From: an uncultured Gammaproteobacteria bacterium
Lineage (GTDB): Bacteria > Patescibacteriota > Microgenomatia > Levybacterales > UBA12049
DNA length: 64,000 nt
Assembly: GCA_964474445.1 (NCBI GenBank)
Contig: CAYYSJ010000004.1
Coordinates: 185 to 64,184 of the forward strand
Direction: 5' to 3'
Positions 1-8,832 of this stretch are shown piece after piece. Both the position numbers and the translations under genes were made by a program. Each line of letters opens with the position of its first letter. Position 1 is the stretch's first letter. The notes under the pieces were generated by a model. That model was given only the letters and a program-made list of their open reading frames with translations, had not been told where the DNA came from and ran no database searches.

Positions 1-954
1 AGCTGATGTGGCTAAAGGGAAACATCCCAGACTCCCAATTAAGGCCTCTAAATCAAGGCTAAGTTTACAAGGAAGTCAAGATCCATAGACACCCAGGAAG
101 TTGGCTTAGAAGCAGCCACCTTTTAAAGAAAGCGTAACAGCTCACTGGCGGATGGTTCTTGGCGCCGGAAATTACGGAGGATTAAGCCTTGTGCCGAAAT
201 TGGAGAATCTAATTTAGATTGGTAGGGGAGCGTTGTATGCGCAGTGAAGCGGAACCGTAAGGTTTGGTGGAGTACATACAAGTGAGAATGCCGGTATGAG
301 TAGCGTGAGCGAGGTGAGAAACCTCGCCACCGAATGTCCAAGGTTTCCTCCGCCATGTAATTCAGCGGAGGGTTAGTCGGCCCTAAGGGTGTGCCTCGTA
401 TAAAGGGGTGTAGCCCGATGGATCAGGCGTTGAAATTCGCCTACAGAGTATTGTTATTGTAAGGGCGTGACGAAGGTGGAAAAACTAAGCTACCGCAAGG
501 ATAGTGTAAGTGGTAAGGAAGAAGTGATTGGCAAATCCGTCATTTTGTTTATTTGAGCCACGATGCAAAGTCTCGTAAGAGACAATTTAGTACGTTTCAG
601 CTTCCGAGAAAAGCGTCATTATGACAGTCGCAAGGCTCGTCAAAAGCAATATTTTACCGTACCGTATAACCGACACAGGTGGACAGGTCGAGTAGACTAA
701 GGTGATCGAGAGAAAGTGGATCAAGGAACTAGGCAAAAAAGCTGGGCGTAACCTATGGGAGATGCCCTGCCGCAGCAATGCGGCCGCAGCGAAAGATTAT
801 TTAGCGACTGTTTATCTAAAACACAGGTCCCTGCAAAACCGAAAGGTAACGTATAGGGGCTGACGCCTGCCCAGTGCTGGTAAGTCAAATATCTCTGGTG
901 AAGCAGCAATGCCAGCTTAGGATATAAGCTCCAGTAAACGGCAGCAGTAACTAT

Positions 955-1909
955 GATAAAGTCGTAGTTGTAAAACCTAGCTAAATGCTGGAACATCTGT
1001 ACCGTACAAACGGTTGAAGTATCTGGCGCTACTATGCTATTGTAAAAGTGTAGTGAAAATGCGTTCAGTGCAGACAATCAGCAGGAAAGGCTTTAGCCGA
1101 GAAGATTTGGGCTATTTCCTTGCAGGATTTGTTGAAGGGGAAGGAAGTTTTAATGTATCGCTTCGAAAAAAGAGCGATTACAAAGTTAACTGGCAAGTTG
1201 TTTTAAGCTTTAATGTTTCTCAAAAAGATATTACGGTTCTTTCTGTTCTACAAAAAGAACTAGAGTGCGGAATCATTAAAACAAGAAAAGATGGCTTGCA
1301 TTCCCTAGATGTAACAAATGTGCAAGATGTATTAACCAAAGTTATTCCATATTTTCAGAACTATCCTTTACTCTCTCAAAGTAAAATCACGAATTTTCTT
1401 ATTTTTTCTTCTATAGCAAAACTTGTTGAGCAAGGGAAACATAGAGAAAAAGAAGGTTTAAAGGAAATTTTACTTTTAAGAGAAAAACTAAATGAAGGTA
1501 AAGGGAGAAAAAGAAAGTATGAGTATAGAGATGTCTTCTTAAGCTAAAGAATCCTCAGAGACTATATGCTGGGATCTCAAAATTTGAGATATGATATAGT
1601 CCGACCTTGGTAGCGATACCAAGAGACGTATATAATCGTCCTTGTAACAATGTGAACTGTTCTATGGTGACTAACTTCGTTGCCTTAGAGAGTGTGTTTT
1701 AGAAATCCAACTATATGCTGGAACAACTCAGTATCCAACAGTACCAATTTTGGTAACAATCTGTTGGTGGAGTCGATCAGCAGGGAAGATCCTACGAGAA
1801 ATTGAAGGAAACCCTCAGAGACTACATGTTGGACCCGAAAGGGAAGATATAGTCCGAACTTACTGGCGACAGTAAGAGGTTCTGATTATTCAGGACAGTA
1901 ACATTATTG
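955..1909 (+). mobile_element. Group-I-type intron in 23S rRNA (E. coli ~L1917/L1931 region) carrying a homing endonuclease gene; boundaries approximate, may be composite of two introns
   Basis: The conserved 23S sequence stops after ...GTAACTAT (954, ends in U as required for group I 5' splice site) and resumes at AGCGAAGTTCC (1910) after an intron-terminal G. The intervening ~955 nt contains a LAGLIDADG ORF and a ~75-bp internal direct repeat. The conserved 14 nt AACGGTCCTAAGGT expected between the two exons was not found, so the exact exon/intron structure is unresolved. Confidence 0.7.
1014..1547 (+). CDS. LAGLIDADG homing endonuclease (single-motif, intron-encoded)
   Basis: 177 aa; clear LAGLIDADG motif 'LAGFVEGEGSF' near the N-terminus; lies entirely inside the rRNA intron; Lys/Arg-rich C-terminus typical of DNA-binding homing endonucleases. 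Confidence 0.85.
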   Translation: MKYLALLCYCKSVVKMRSVQTISRKGFSREDLGYFLAGFVEGEGSFNVSLRKKSDYKVNWQVVLSFNVSQKDITVLSVLQKELECGIIKTRKDGLHSLDVTNVQDVLTKVIPYFQNYPLLSQSKITNFLIFSSIAKLVEQGKHREKEGLKEILLLREKLNEGKGRKRKYEYRDVFLS

Positions 1910-2380
1910 AGCGAAGTTCCTTGTCGGGCGAGTTCCGACCCGCACGAAAGGCAGAATGACTGAATAACTGTCTTGATCCATTACTCGGCGAAATTGAGAT
2001 GGCCGTGAAGACGCGGCCTAGATATGCATGGACAAAAAGACCCCGGGAGCTTTACTGTAGTTTGGCATTTGGGAGTTCATTTTATATGTTTAGAATAGGA
2101 GGGAGCTTAGGCAATAGTGAAATACCTCTCTTTGGAATGAACAACCATCACCTCTGCCCGCATAAAAATTCGGGAGGGGAACAGTGCTTGATGGGCAGTT
2201 TAACTGGGGCGATTGACTCCTACAACGCAACGGAGTCGTACAAAGGTTGGCTAGCTACGGATGGAAATCGTAGCGATAGCGCAAACGCAAAAGCCAGCTT
2301 GACTGCGAGACATACAAGTCGAGCAGGGACGAAAGTCGGTGTTAGTGATCTTCCGACGCTTAGTGGTAGGCGCGGAACTT

Positions 2381-2413
<33 letters not shown>

Positions 2414-2456
2414 GATCGCTCCCAAGCGTCCACAGCGACGGGGCGGTTTGGCACCT

Positions 2457-2787
2457 TATATGAAAATATCGGGGCGCCTTACTTGTAAAAGTATAGCCTG
2501 GATTATCTATTGAAAATTAACCCATGCAATAGAGATTAGAATTAACTAGCTCAAATCGGTGAACTCCAACTGTGTGTTGGACAACACCGAGGGAAGTCGG
2601 GAAGTACTACTGAGTACCTCCTTGACCCTGTATCGACTGATTCATACTGAGTTTATCAAAGTATGATGAGATAGAAGCTCTTCGTTCATTTTTTGAACGA
2701 AAATCTATAGCTTCTATAATACGGCTAGCTCCTCAGACAACTGAGGATGAAGGGATAGTCAAGACTTTTGGTAACAAAAGAATAATG
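2457..2787 (+). mobile_element. Second ORF-less group-I-type intron in 23S rRNA (E. coli ~L2500 site)
   Basis: Conserved 23S ...GGTTTGGCACCT (to 2456, ends in U) is followed by 331 nt of non-rRNA sequence ending in G (2787), then exon resumes exactly with CGATGTCGGCTCATC (2788). Confidence 0.7.
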
Positions 2788-3026
2788 CGATGTCGGCTCA
2801 TCCTATCCTGGGGCTGGAGAAGGTCCCAAGGGTCTGGCTGTTCGCCAGTTAAAAAGGTACGCGAGCTGGGTTCAGAGCGTCGTAAGACAGCTCGGTCTCT
2901 ATCCTGCATATCCGTCGAAATTTGAGAGGGTTTGGCCCTAGTACGAGAGGACTGGGCTGAGGGAACCCCTGGTGCGCCGGTTGTTTGCGAGATTGCAAGC
3001 ACCGCCGGATAGCTATGTTCCTAACT

Positions 3027-3057
<31 letters not shown>

Positions 3058-3290
3058 AGGCCTCAAGATAAGATTTCATGTCGTAAGACGAAGACCCCTG
3101 GCAGATCACCAGGTTGATAGGCTGGCGGTGGACGCACAGTAATGTGTTGAGCCTACCAGTACTAATGGTCAACGAGTAGACTTAAAGTAAAATTTTCTTC
3201 TCTTCCTTGTCAAAGAGCTGAAATAGGCAATAGCTATAAAATGTTTGTTGTCTAAGTTCTTTACAACTAAATGAGTTTTGTGTTGAAGCT

Positions 3291-3403
3291 TCGGTCTCTG
3301 GAGCGTAGTGGCACCACCTCTTCCCATTCCGAACAGAGAAGTGAAACACTTCAGCGTTGACGATACTGAGCTGTAGAGCTTGGGACAATAGATCGAGGCC
3401 GGG
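3291..3403 (+). rRNA. rrf: 5S rRNA
   Basis: CCATTCCGAACAGAGAAGTGAAAC (loop C consensus CCGAAC..GAAGTGAAAC), terminal helix cggtctc/gaggccg pairing; immediately downstream of 23S. Confidence 0.85.
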
Positions 3404-3426
3404 ACTTGAACACAAAACTAAAGAGA

Positions 3427-3460
3427 ATCCTCCAGAAATGGGGGATTTTTTTTGATTCAG
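3427..3460 (+). terminator. Intrinsic terminator of rRNA operon
   Basis: Hairpin atcctcc-agaaa-tgggggat followed by TTTTTTTT. Confidence 0.6.
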
Positions 3461-3536
3461 TAAGGCAGAAAATTATCTTGTACGACAATTACCTTTTTTT
3501 TACAAACTTCTTACAAGTTTGACTTAGACTATATAT

Positions 3537-4130
3537 TTGATGATTGATTTACCCGAAGAACGTTTGGGAATGCACGAATCTCAGTCTGTAAAACGTCAAG
3601 CGAGAGCTCTGTTAGAAAAGGCGATGAGAGGAAGTGCGGAAATGTGTCTATTTGATGATGGTTTTGAGCATCTTCCACGAATAGGTGAAGATCCCGGAAA
3701 CTATCTTTCTCGTGTTCTTGCAGCTATAGGAGATAAAAAAGATGTTTACTACAAAGATCCTAAACAAAATCAAGGAATAGAGGTCAATATCCATAATCGA
3801 GTGTTAAGAAATGTTGCTTCTTGGCAGCAAGGAGTGGTAGCTGCTGTCACGTACAGAGAAGGGGGAAAAATTGTGGGATATGGGTTAACAGTAGAAAGAC
3901 CAAATGCTTCTGCATCTGTTTTGTTTGACACAAGAGGTTATGAGCTTCCTGAACAATTAGAACATCCACTAGGTCTTCATGATGCAATTAACAGAGCTCA
4001 ACAACTTTTTTTGGGACGACAGATAGATGAGGTAAGGGCGATTGCGGTTGGCATGTTACCTCGAGAAGTCCAAGGAGGAGGACACCTTCACTCATATCAC
4101 CGCCCTCGTTTAAGAACTATCGTTGCTTAA
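3537..4130 (+). CDS. Hypothetical protein (GC-rich relative to surroundings)
   Basis: 197-aa ORF with good coding compositional look, no recognisable motif; noticeably higher GC than flanking genes. Confidence 0.45.
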   Translation: MMIDLPEERLGMHESQSVKRQARALLEKAMRGSAEMCLFDDGFEHLPRIGEDPGNYLSRVLAAIGDKKDVYYKDPKQNQGIEVNIHNRVLRNVASWQQGVVAAVTYREGGKIVGYGLTVERPNASASVLFDTRGYELPEQLEHPLGLHDAINRAQQLFLGRQIDEVRAIAVGMLPREVQGGGHLHSYHRPRLRTIVA

Positions 4131-4182
4131 TTTTGTATCTCTATAAGGGCAGAGAAAATAGCCAAGTTGGTCTAGACGTATT

Positions 4183-4755
4183 TCACTCAAGAGAAGAAGA
4201 TTGAAAAGTGATTCTCATATGCCTTTGTCCTCTTCTGTTAAAATATGCTTTCCTTATATCTCCTTTTGCACCTCTTCGTCGCATCCATTCCTCTACATGG
4301 TTTCCTAATGTATGGAGCGAGCCGGAGTCTGAAACAGTGGCTGTTACTGGAGCCATTTCCTCCCCTCTTCTTGTAAAAAGAACATATTCATTAGGAAAAA
4401 GGGAATCTGTTCCGTCATCAATCTCCTCAGACATGGTCAATAGGTGTAGTATAGCAGACGATTAAAACGTTTCAGAGTTAGATGTGTGGAAATGGGAAGA
4501 GGATCTTCTTGGTCGAAATGCAGTAACTCGTGGGTGGTCAGCAGAGGTTCCATAATCTCTCATAAGGCGTATGGTTTCATCAACAATTCCATATAGTTTT
4601 AACGTGGTAGTAAAGACTCCCTCTGCAGCGACTTTGGTAAAACTTTGTACCCCAAACATAAAAATATCACTCTTTGTAAAATTCCTTCTACCAGATTTTC
4701 CTCCTTGTACTGCTGCTTTTGCTTCAAAACGTTTTACTGAATCAACAATAACCAT
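4183..4755 (-). pseudogene. Hypothetical gene split by a single in-frame TAA (two same-frame ORFs 4755->4462 and 4440->4183)
   Basis: Both ORFs end in the same phase (4755 and 4440 are both multiples of 3) and are separated only by TAA at 4462-4464; no family recognised. Confidence 0.35.
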
Positions 4756-4892
4756 TTAAGGTGATTGTAGGAGGGAAATATAAGAATACAAGTAAGAAAA
4801 TCAGGTGGCAGGGGCTACTTCTTCCAATTGCTTCAAGTAGGCATTTCGTGATATACTTTGTGTATCTTATCTGAAAGAGAATATGATAGTCT

Positions 4893-5993
4893 ATGGTAGA
4901 TTCTTCTAAAGGCGCACAATCAATGGCAGAACTTTTGGCGAAGCACGCAGCTGCTTTTCAGCCTCTGGTAAAAGGCCAAACAGTCAAAGGAACTATCTCA
5001 AAAGCAACTTCCTCTGAAATTCTTATGGATTTACATGGCAAGACTGAAGCAGTTGTCATGGAGAAAGAGAGAAGACTATTGAAGCAACTTCTTCATTTTA
5101 TTAAAGAAGGGGATATGGTTGAAGCAACGGTTATCTCCCCTGAGTCAGAAATGGGTTATCCTGTTGTCTCTTTGAGACGCTTCATGGATGAAAAAGTATG
5201 GGCTGAGCTTGAGAAAACGCAAGGAAGTGGCGAAAAAATGGATGTTTTGGTAACCGAGGCAACAAAAGGTGGGTTTTTGGTTGAAGCAGATAACGGAGTT
5301 TCAGGTTTTTTGCCAAATTCCCATGTTTCATTACAAAAGGATGCGCAGAGTTTAGTTGGGCAAAAAATTAAGGCAAGTATTGTTGAGCTTTCTCGAGAAA
5401 ATAGAAAAGTTGTTTTCTCACAAAAAGGAGTACTTTCTGCAGAAGACTTTAAGAAAGTTGTTGAGACGTATAAGCCAGGAACAAAAGTAAAAGGTGTAGT
5501 CAGTGGAATTACCTCATTTGGTCTTTTTATCAGTTTGCCTCTAGAAAAAAGTGGTGACGAACAACAATATGTTGACGGGCTTATCCACATTTCGGAAGTA
5601 TCTTGGGAAAAAGTTGAGGATTTGTCAGAGAGATTTGCAATGGGGGATGAAGTAGAAGCTGTGGTTATTGGAGCTGATAAAGATAGCAAACGGATTGATT
5701 TGTCTCTAAAGCGCTTAACCGTTGATCCATTTGCTGAGGTTGTGAATGCATTTCCAGTTGATAAAAAAGCAAGTGGCGTTGTGATGGATATCAATGACCA
5801 AGGAGTTACTTTAGACCTCGGACAATTGGGAGATATAACAGTTGAAGGAATGATTAAAAAAGACAAAATCCCGCCAACAACAACCTATGAAATTGGTCAA
5901 ACAGTTAAAGCAACGGTTGTTTCTGTTGATGCAAAGAGACGAAAAGTCATGTTGACTCCAGTTTTGCTAGAAAAGCCTCTCATGTATCGGTAA
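4893..5993 (+). CDS. rpsA: 30S ribosomal protein S1 (four S1 domains)
   Basis: Repeated S1-fold signatures (..GxVxGxVxxIxxFGxFVxL.., 'GLIHISEVSWEKVEDLSERFAMGDEVEAVVIGADKDSKRIDLSLKRL'). Confidence 0.8.
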   Translation: MVDSSKGAQSMAELLAKHAAAFQPLVKGQTVKGTISKATSSEILMDLHGKTEAVVMEKERRLLKQLLHFIKEGDMVEATVISPESEMGYPVVSLRRFMDEKVWAELEKTQGSGEKMDVLVTEATKGGFLVEADNGVSGFLPNSHVSLQKDAQSLVGQKIKASIVELSRENRKVVFSQKGVLSAEDFKKVVETYKPGTKVKGVVSGITSFGLFISLPLEKSGDEQQYVDGLIHISEVSWEKVEDLSERFAMGDEVEAVVIGADKDSKRIDLSLKRLTVDPFAEVVNAFPVDKKASGVVMDINDQGVTLDLGQLGDITVEGMIKKDKIPPTTTYEIGQTVKATVVSVDAKRRKVMLTPVLLEKPLMYR

Positions 5994-6181
5994 TTCATAC
6001 CAACTTTACATTGTTTAATAATCCCTCAAACTGAAGATCAAGATAGTGCTTCTAGATCTCGTCATACATCTTCATAAATCACTCTCCCAACATTACGTTA
6101 TATCCTTCGTTCATATGCCATTTGCATTGCTATAAAAGGCTTTTCCAACTACCATCATTTCCAAAGATAGGAGGTGAGAAT

Positions 6182-6352
6182 ATGGTAGCGATAACATTTG
6201 CAGTACAGAGGGGCTCGATGAGAAGACAGCCTCCACTAGGCATCAGAGCACAAGATCCAGATGTAACAATCAAGGATGGAGGATATGATCCAGATGAGAG
6301 AGGCGTTGCATTGAGATTTCGGGCAGAAGGAGATGCTGTGCGCAGGTATTAG
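6182..6352 (+). CDS. Small hypothetical protein (57 aa) with strong SD
   Basis: AGGAGGTGA 5 nt upstream of ATG at 6182; Arg/Asp/Gly-rich, GC-rich relative to genome; no homolog recognised. Confidence 0.3.
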   Translation: MVAITFAVQRGSMRRQPPLGIRAQDPDVTIKDGGYDPDERGVALRFRAEGDAVRRY

Positions 6353-6567
6353 AGAAAACACAGGAAGGTCAGAGCTCGAGTTAGGAGAAAGAATAACACG
6401 TGCAGATACAGAACTACAAGAGAGAATACATAGTGGTTGGGGAGAGTTAGATGAGAGAAGTAGATAAAGGATTTGGGCTAGTTCTCAGCTTCTTATCGTA
6501 GTATACTAGGGACAGAAAAGTATAAGGGAGTATCTTCATACTTATACTCAGTTTTTAGTATTATCAT

Positions 6568-7983
6568 ATGCCAAAACAAGTAACATCCTTTGTCTGTCAA
6601 GAATGTGGATATGACTCTCCGCAGTGGCTTGGAAAATGCCCTGAATGTGGGAATTGGAATACATTCCGTGAGTTTAAAACACAAAATGCAAAAGTGAAAA
6701 GTTTGGGAGGAAATGCTTCAACCTCACTGAGAATGACAAATGGAGAAGTTCCAAAGCCAGAACCTTTACAGAAAGTTTCACTTTCTCCAAAAGATAGGGT
6801 ACATACAGGATTCTCAGAGATAGATAATGTGCTGGGAGGGGGCATTGTAATGGGCTCTGCAATGTTACTTGCAGGAGATCCTGGTATTGGAAAATCTACT
6901 ATGCTTTTGCAACTCTGTATTAACTTAGCGAGCCAAGGCAAAACCGTGTTGTATGTCTCTGGAGAAGAATCCAAAGATCAGGTAGCAATGCGGGCAATGC
7001 GGCTTCTTGCAAACAAAGATTTGCCGGAGAAATTATTACTTCTTTCTCTTACTGATGTAGATCGGATTGTTGAGATTGTTGATAATACCAAGCCTGATTT
7101 TGTCGTTGTTGATTCAATCCAGACAGTTGAGTCAGAAATTGCCGGAGGATTATCAGGGAGTGTCAGTCAAATTCGATATGCCACCAGTTCTTTTATAAGA
7201 GTTGCAAAAGTGCTTAATATTCCGATTATTCTTGTTGGTCACGTCACGAAAGAAGGAATGGTGGCTGGACCTATGATGCTTTCTCATATGGTTGATGTTG
7301 TGCTATTTCTTGAGGGAGAAAAACTCACCAAAACACGAATTCTGCGAAGTCTAAAAAACCGTTTTGGACCAGTAGATGAAGTAGGAATCTTCTTAATGGA
7401 AGGGGAAGGAATGGTTGAGGTAAAAAACCCAGAACAGATATTTTTATCTTCTGGGCAACAAAATGTTCCGGGCTCTGTCCTCGTTGTTATTATGGAGGGG
7501 ACAAGACCGTTCCTTGTTGAAATTCAAGCACTTGTCGTGTATTCCAAATTCCCAATGCCAAAGCGTGTTACAAGTGGTATAGATAATAGACGTTTAGAAC
7601 TGTTGCTAGCAGTTCTGCAAAAACATGCCAAATTACCTTTGGAAAATTATGATGTCTTTGTCAATATTGCTGGAGGGATAAAAGTACAGGATCCTGCTGT
7701 TGATTTGGGAATTTGTCTTGCAGTATATTCTTCTTTAAGGAATAAAGCGTTAGATAAAACAGTCAGTATTGCAGAAGTTGGGCTCTTAGGCGAGCTTCGA
7801 AAAGTGCCAATGCTTGATAAACGCCTTCGAGAAGCAAAGAAGTTAGGTTTTAAAACAATTATCACAGCACAGGATAAAACATCGCTTATGGACGTTTTAA
7901 CAGGTTTAGGATACACTGCAGGGAGTAAACAGTGGAAAATGGAAGATGAGAGGCACTGGAAAATTCCTGAAGAGGTAGAGTAA
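6568..7983 (+). CDS. radA: DNA repair protein RadA/Sms
   Basis: N-terminal C4 zinc finger CQECGYDSPQWLGKCPECGNWNT, Walker A GDPGIGKST, KNRFG motif, C-terminal Lon-protease-like domain. Confidence 0.93.
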   Translation: MPKQVTSFVCQECGYDSPQWLGKCPECGNWNTFREFKTQNAKVKSLGGNASTSLRMTNGEVPKPEPLQKVSLSPKDRVHTGFSEIDNVLGGGIVMGSAMLLAGDPGIGKSTMLLQLCINLASQGKTVLYVSGEESKDQVAMRAMRLLANKDLPEKLLLLSLTDVDRIVEIVDNTKPDFVVVDSIQTVESEIAGGLSGSVSQIRYATSSFIRVAKVLNIPIILVGHVTKEGMVAGPMMLSHMVDVVLFLEGEKLTKTRILRSLKNRFGPVDEVGIFLMEGEGMVEVKNPEQIFLSSGQQNVPGSVLVVIMEGTRPFLVEIQALVVYSKFPMPKRVTSGIDNRRLELLLAVLQKHAKLPLENYDVFVNIAGGIKVQDPAVDLGICLAVYSSLRNKALDKTVSIAEVGLLGELRKVPMLDKRLREAKKLGFKTIITAQDKTSLMDVLTGLGYTAGSKQWKMEDERHWKIPEEVE

Positions 7984-8022
7984 GCAAATACCAACAAAGC
8001 TAATAAGTTACTTAAGCAATGT

Positions 8023-8829
8023 ATGAAAGAAGAAGATAAATCAATCAAAACAGAAACAATTATCGCAGCAGCAGCTAATCCAAAAGCACAACCGGTGCCA
8101 TCTCATGTTGTGGGGAATTTAGCTGATGAAATTGCAAAGACTTTGATTAAAAGGCTTCCTAATATGTTTGCTGGTAACTCAAAAAAGAAGGTATCCAAAA
8201 AGGGATTAAAAGTGAAAAAGCAAAAAGAAGCAGAAGGAGCAATTTTTTTAGATACATCTGCAATTATTGACGGACGTATCTTTGATGTTATAGAAACAGG
8301 TATTTTAAATGGTTACGTTGTAATCCCAGAGTTTATATTGCTTGAGCTGAAACATATTGCTGACAGTCAAGATATGGTAAAGCGAGAAAGAGGGCGAAAA
8401 GGGCTTGAACTATTAGAATCGCTCAAAAAAAGTAAACGTATTAAAATGCTTACTGTTCCTGGTAATGAAAAGACCGATAAGTTAAAAGAAGTTGATGAGA
8501 AACTTATTGCACTTTCTAAATTTTACAAAGGACGCTTAATTACCTGTGATTATAATTTAGAGAAAAAAGCTGCAATCAGCAGTGTCATTGCAGTCAATAT
8601 GCATGAGCTAGCAAATAGATTGAAAATTCAAGCAGTGCCAGGAGAGTCGTTGCATATTAAGGTGCAGCATATTGGGAAAGAACAAACACAAGGAGTAGGT
8701 TATTTAGATGATGGGACGATGATTGTTGTTGAGCAGGGAAGTAGTGACATTGATGCATTTGTGAATGTCGTTGTCAGTCGTGTTATCCAAACCTCTAGCG
8801 GAAGAATTCTCTTTGCAAAAAAGATCTAG
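8023..8829 (+). CDS. yacL: PIN/TRAM domain protein (YacL-like)
   Basis: Lys-rich membrane-proximal N-term, PIN-like core (IFLDTSAIIDGR...VIPEFILLELKHIAD), C-terminal TRAM-like beta barrel; directly downstream of radA. Confidence 0.7.
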   Translation: MKEEDKSIKTETIIAAAANPKAQPVPSHVVGNLADEIAKTLIKRLPNMFAGNSKKKVSKKGLKVKKQKEAEGAIFLDTSAIIDGRIFDVIETGILNGYVVIPEFILLELKHIADSQDMVKRERGRKGLELLESLKKSKRIKMLTVPGNEKTDKLKEVDEKLIALSKFYKGRLITCDYNLEKKAAISSVIAVNMHELANRLKIQAVPGESLHIKVQHIGKEQTQGVGYLDDGTMIVVEQGSSDIDAFVNVVVSRVIQTSSGRILFAKKI

Positions 8830-8832
8830 TTC

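Noticed and set aside
4183-4755. ClpP/ClpS-like identity for the split minus-strand gene
   Set aside because: Superficial resemblance ('YGIVDETI') only; catalytic Ser/His contexts of ClpP and the ClpS core are absent.
5156-5866. 236-aa antisense ORF inside rpsA
   Set aside because: Shadow ORF opposite a well-supported S1 gene; low-complexity Ser/Thr-rich translation.
6597-8048. Antisense ORFs 6597-6974, 6674-6862, 7647-8048 overlapping radA
   Set aside because: radA is unambiguous on the + strand; these are frame shadows.
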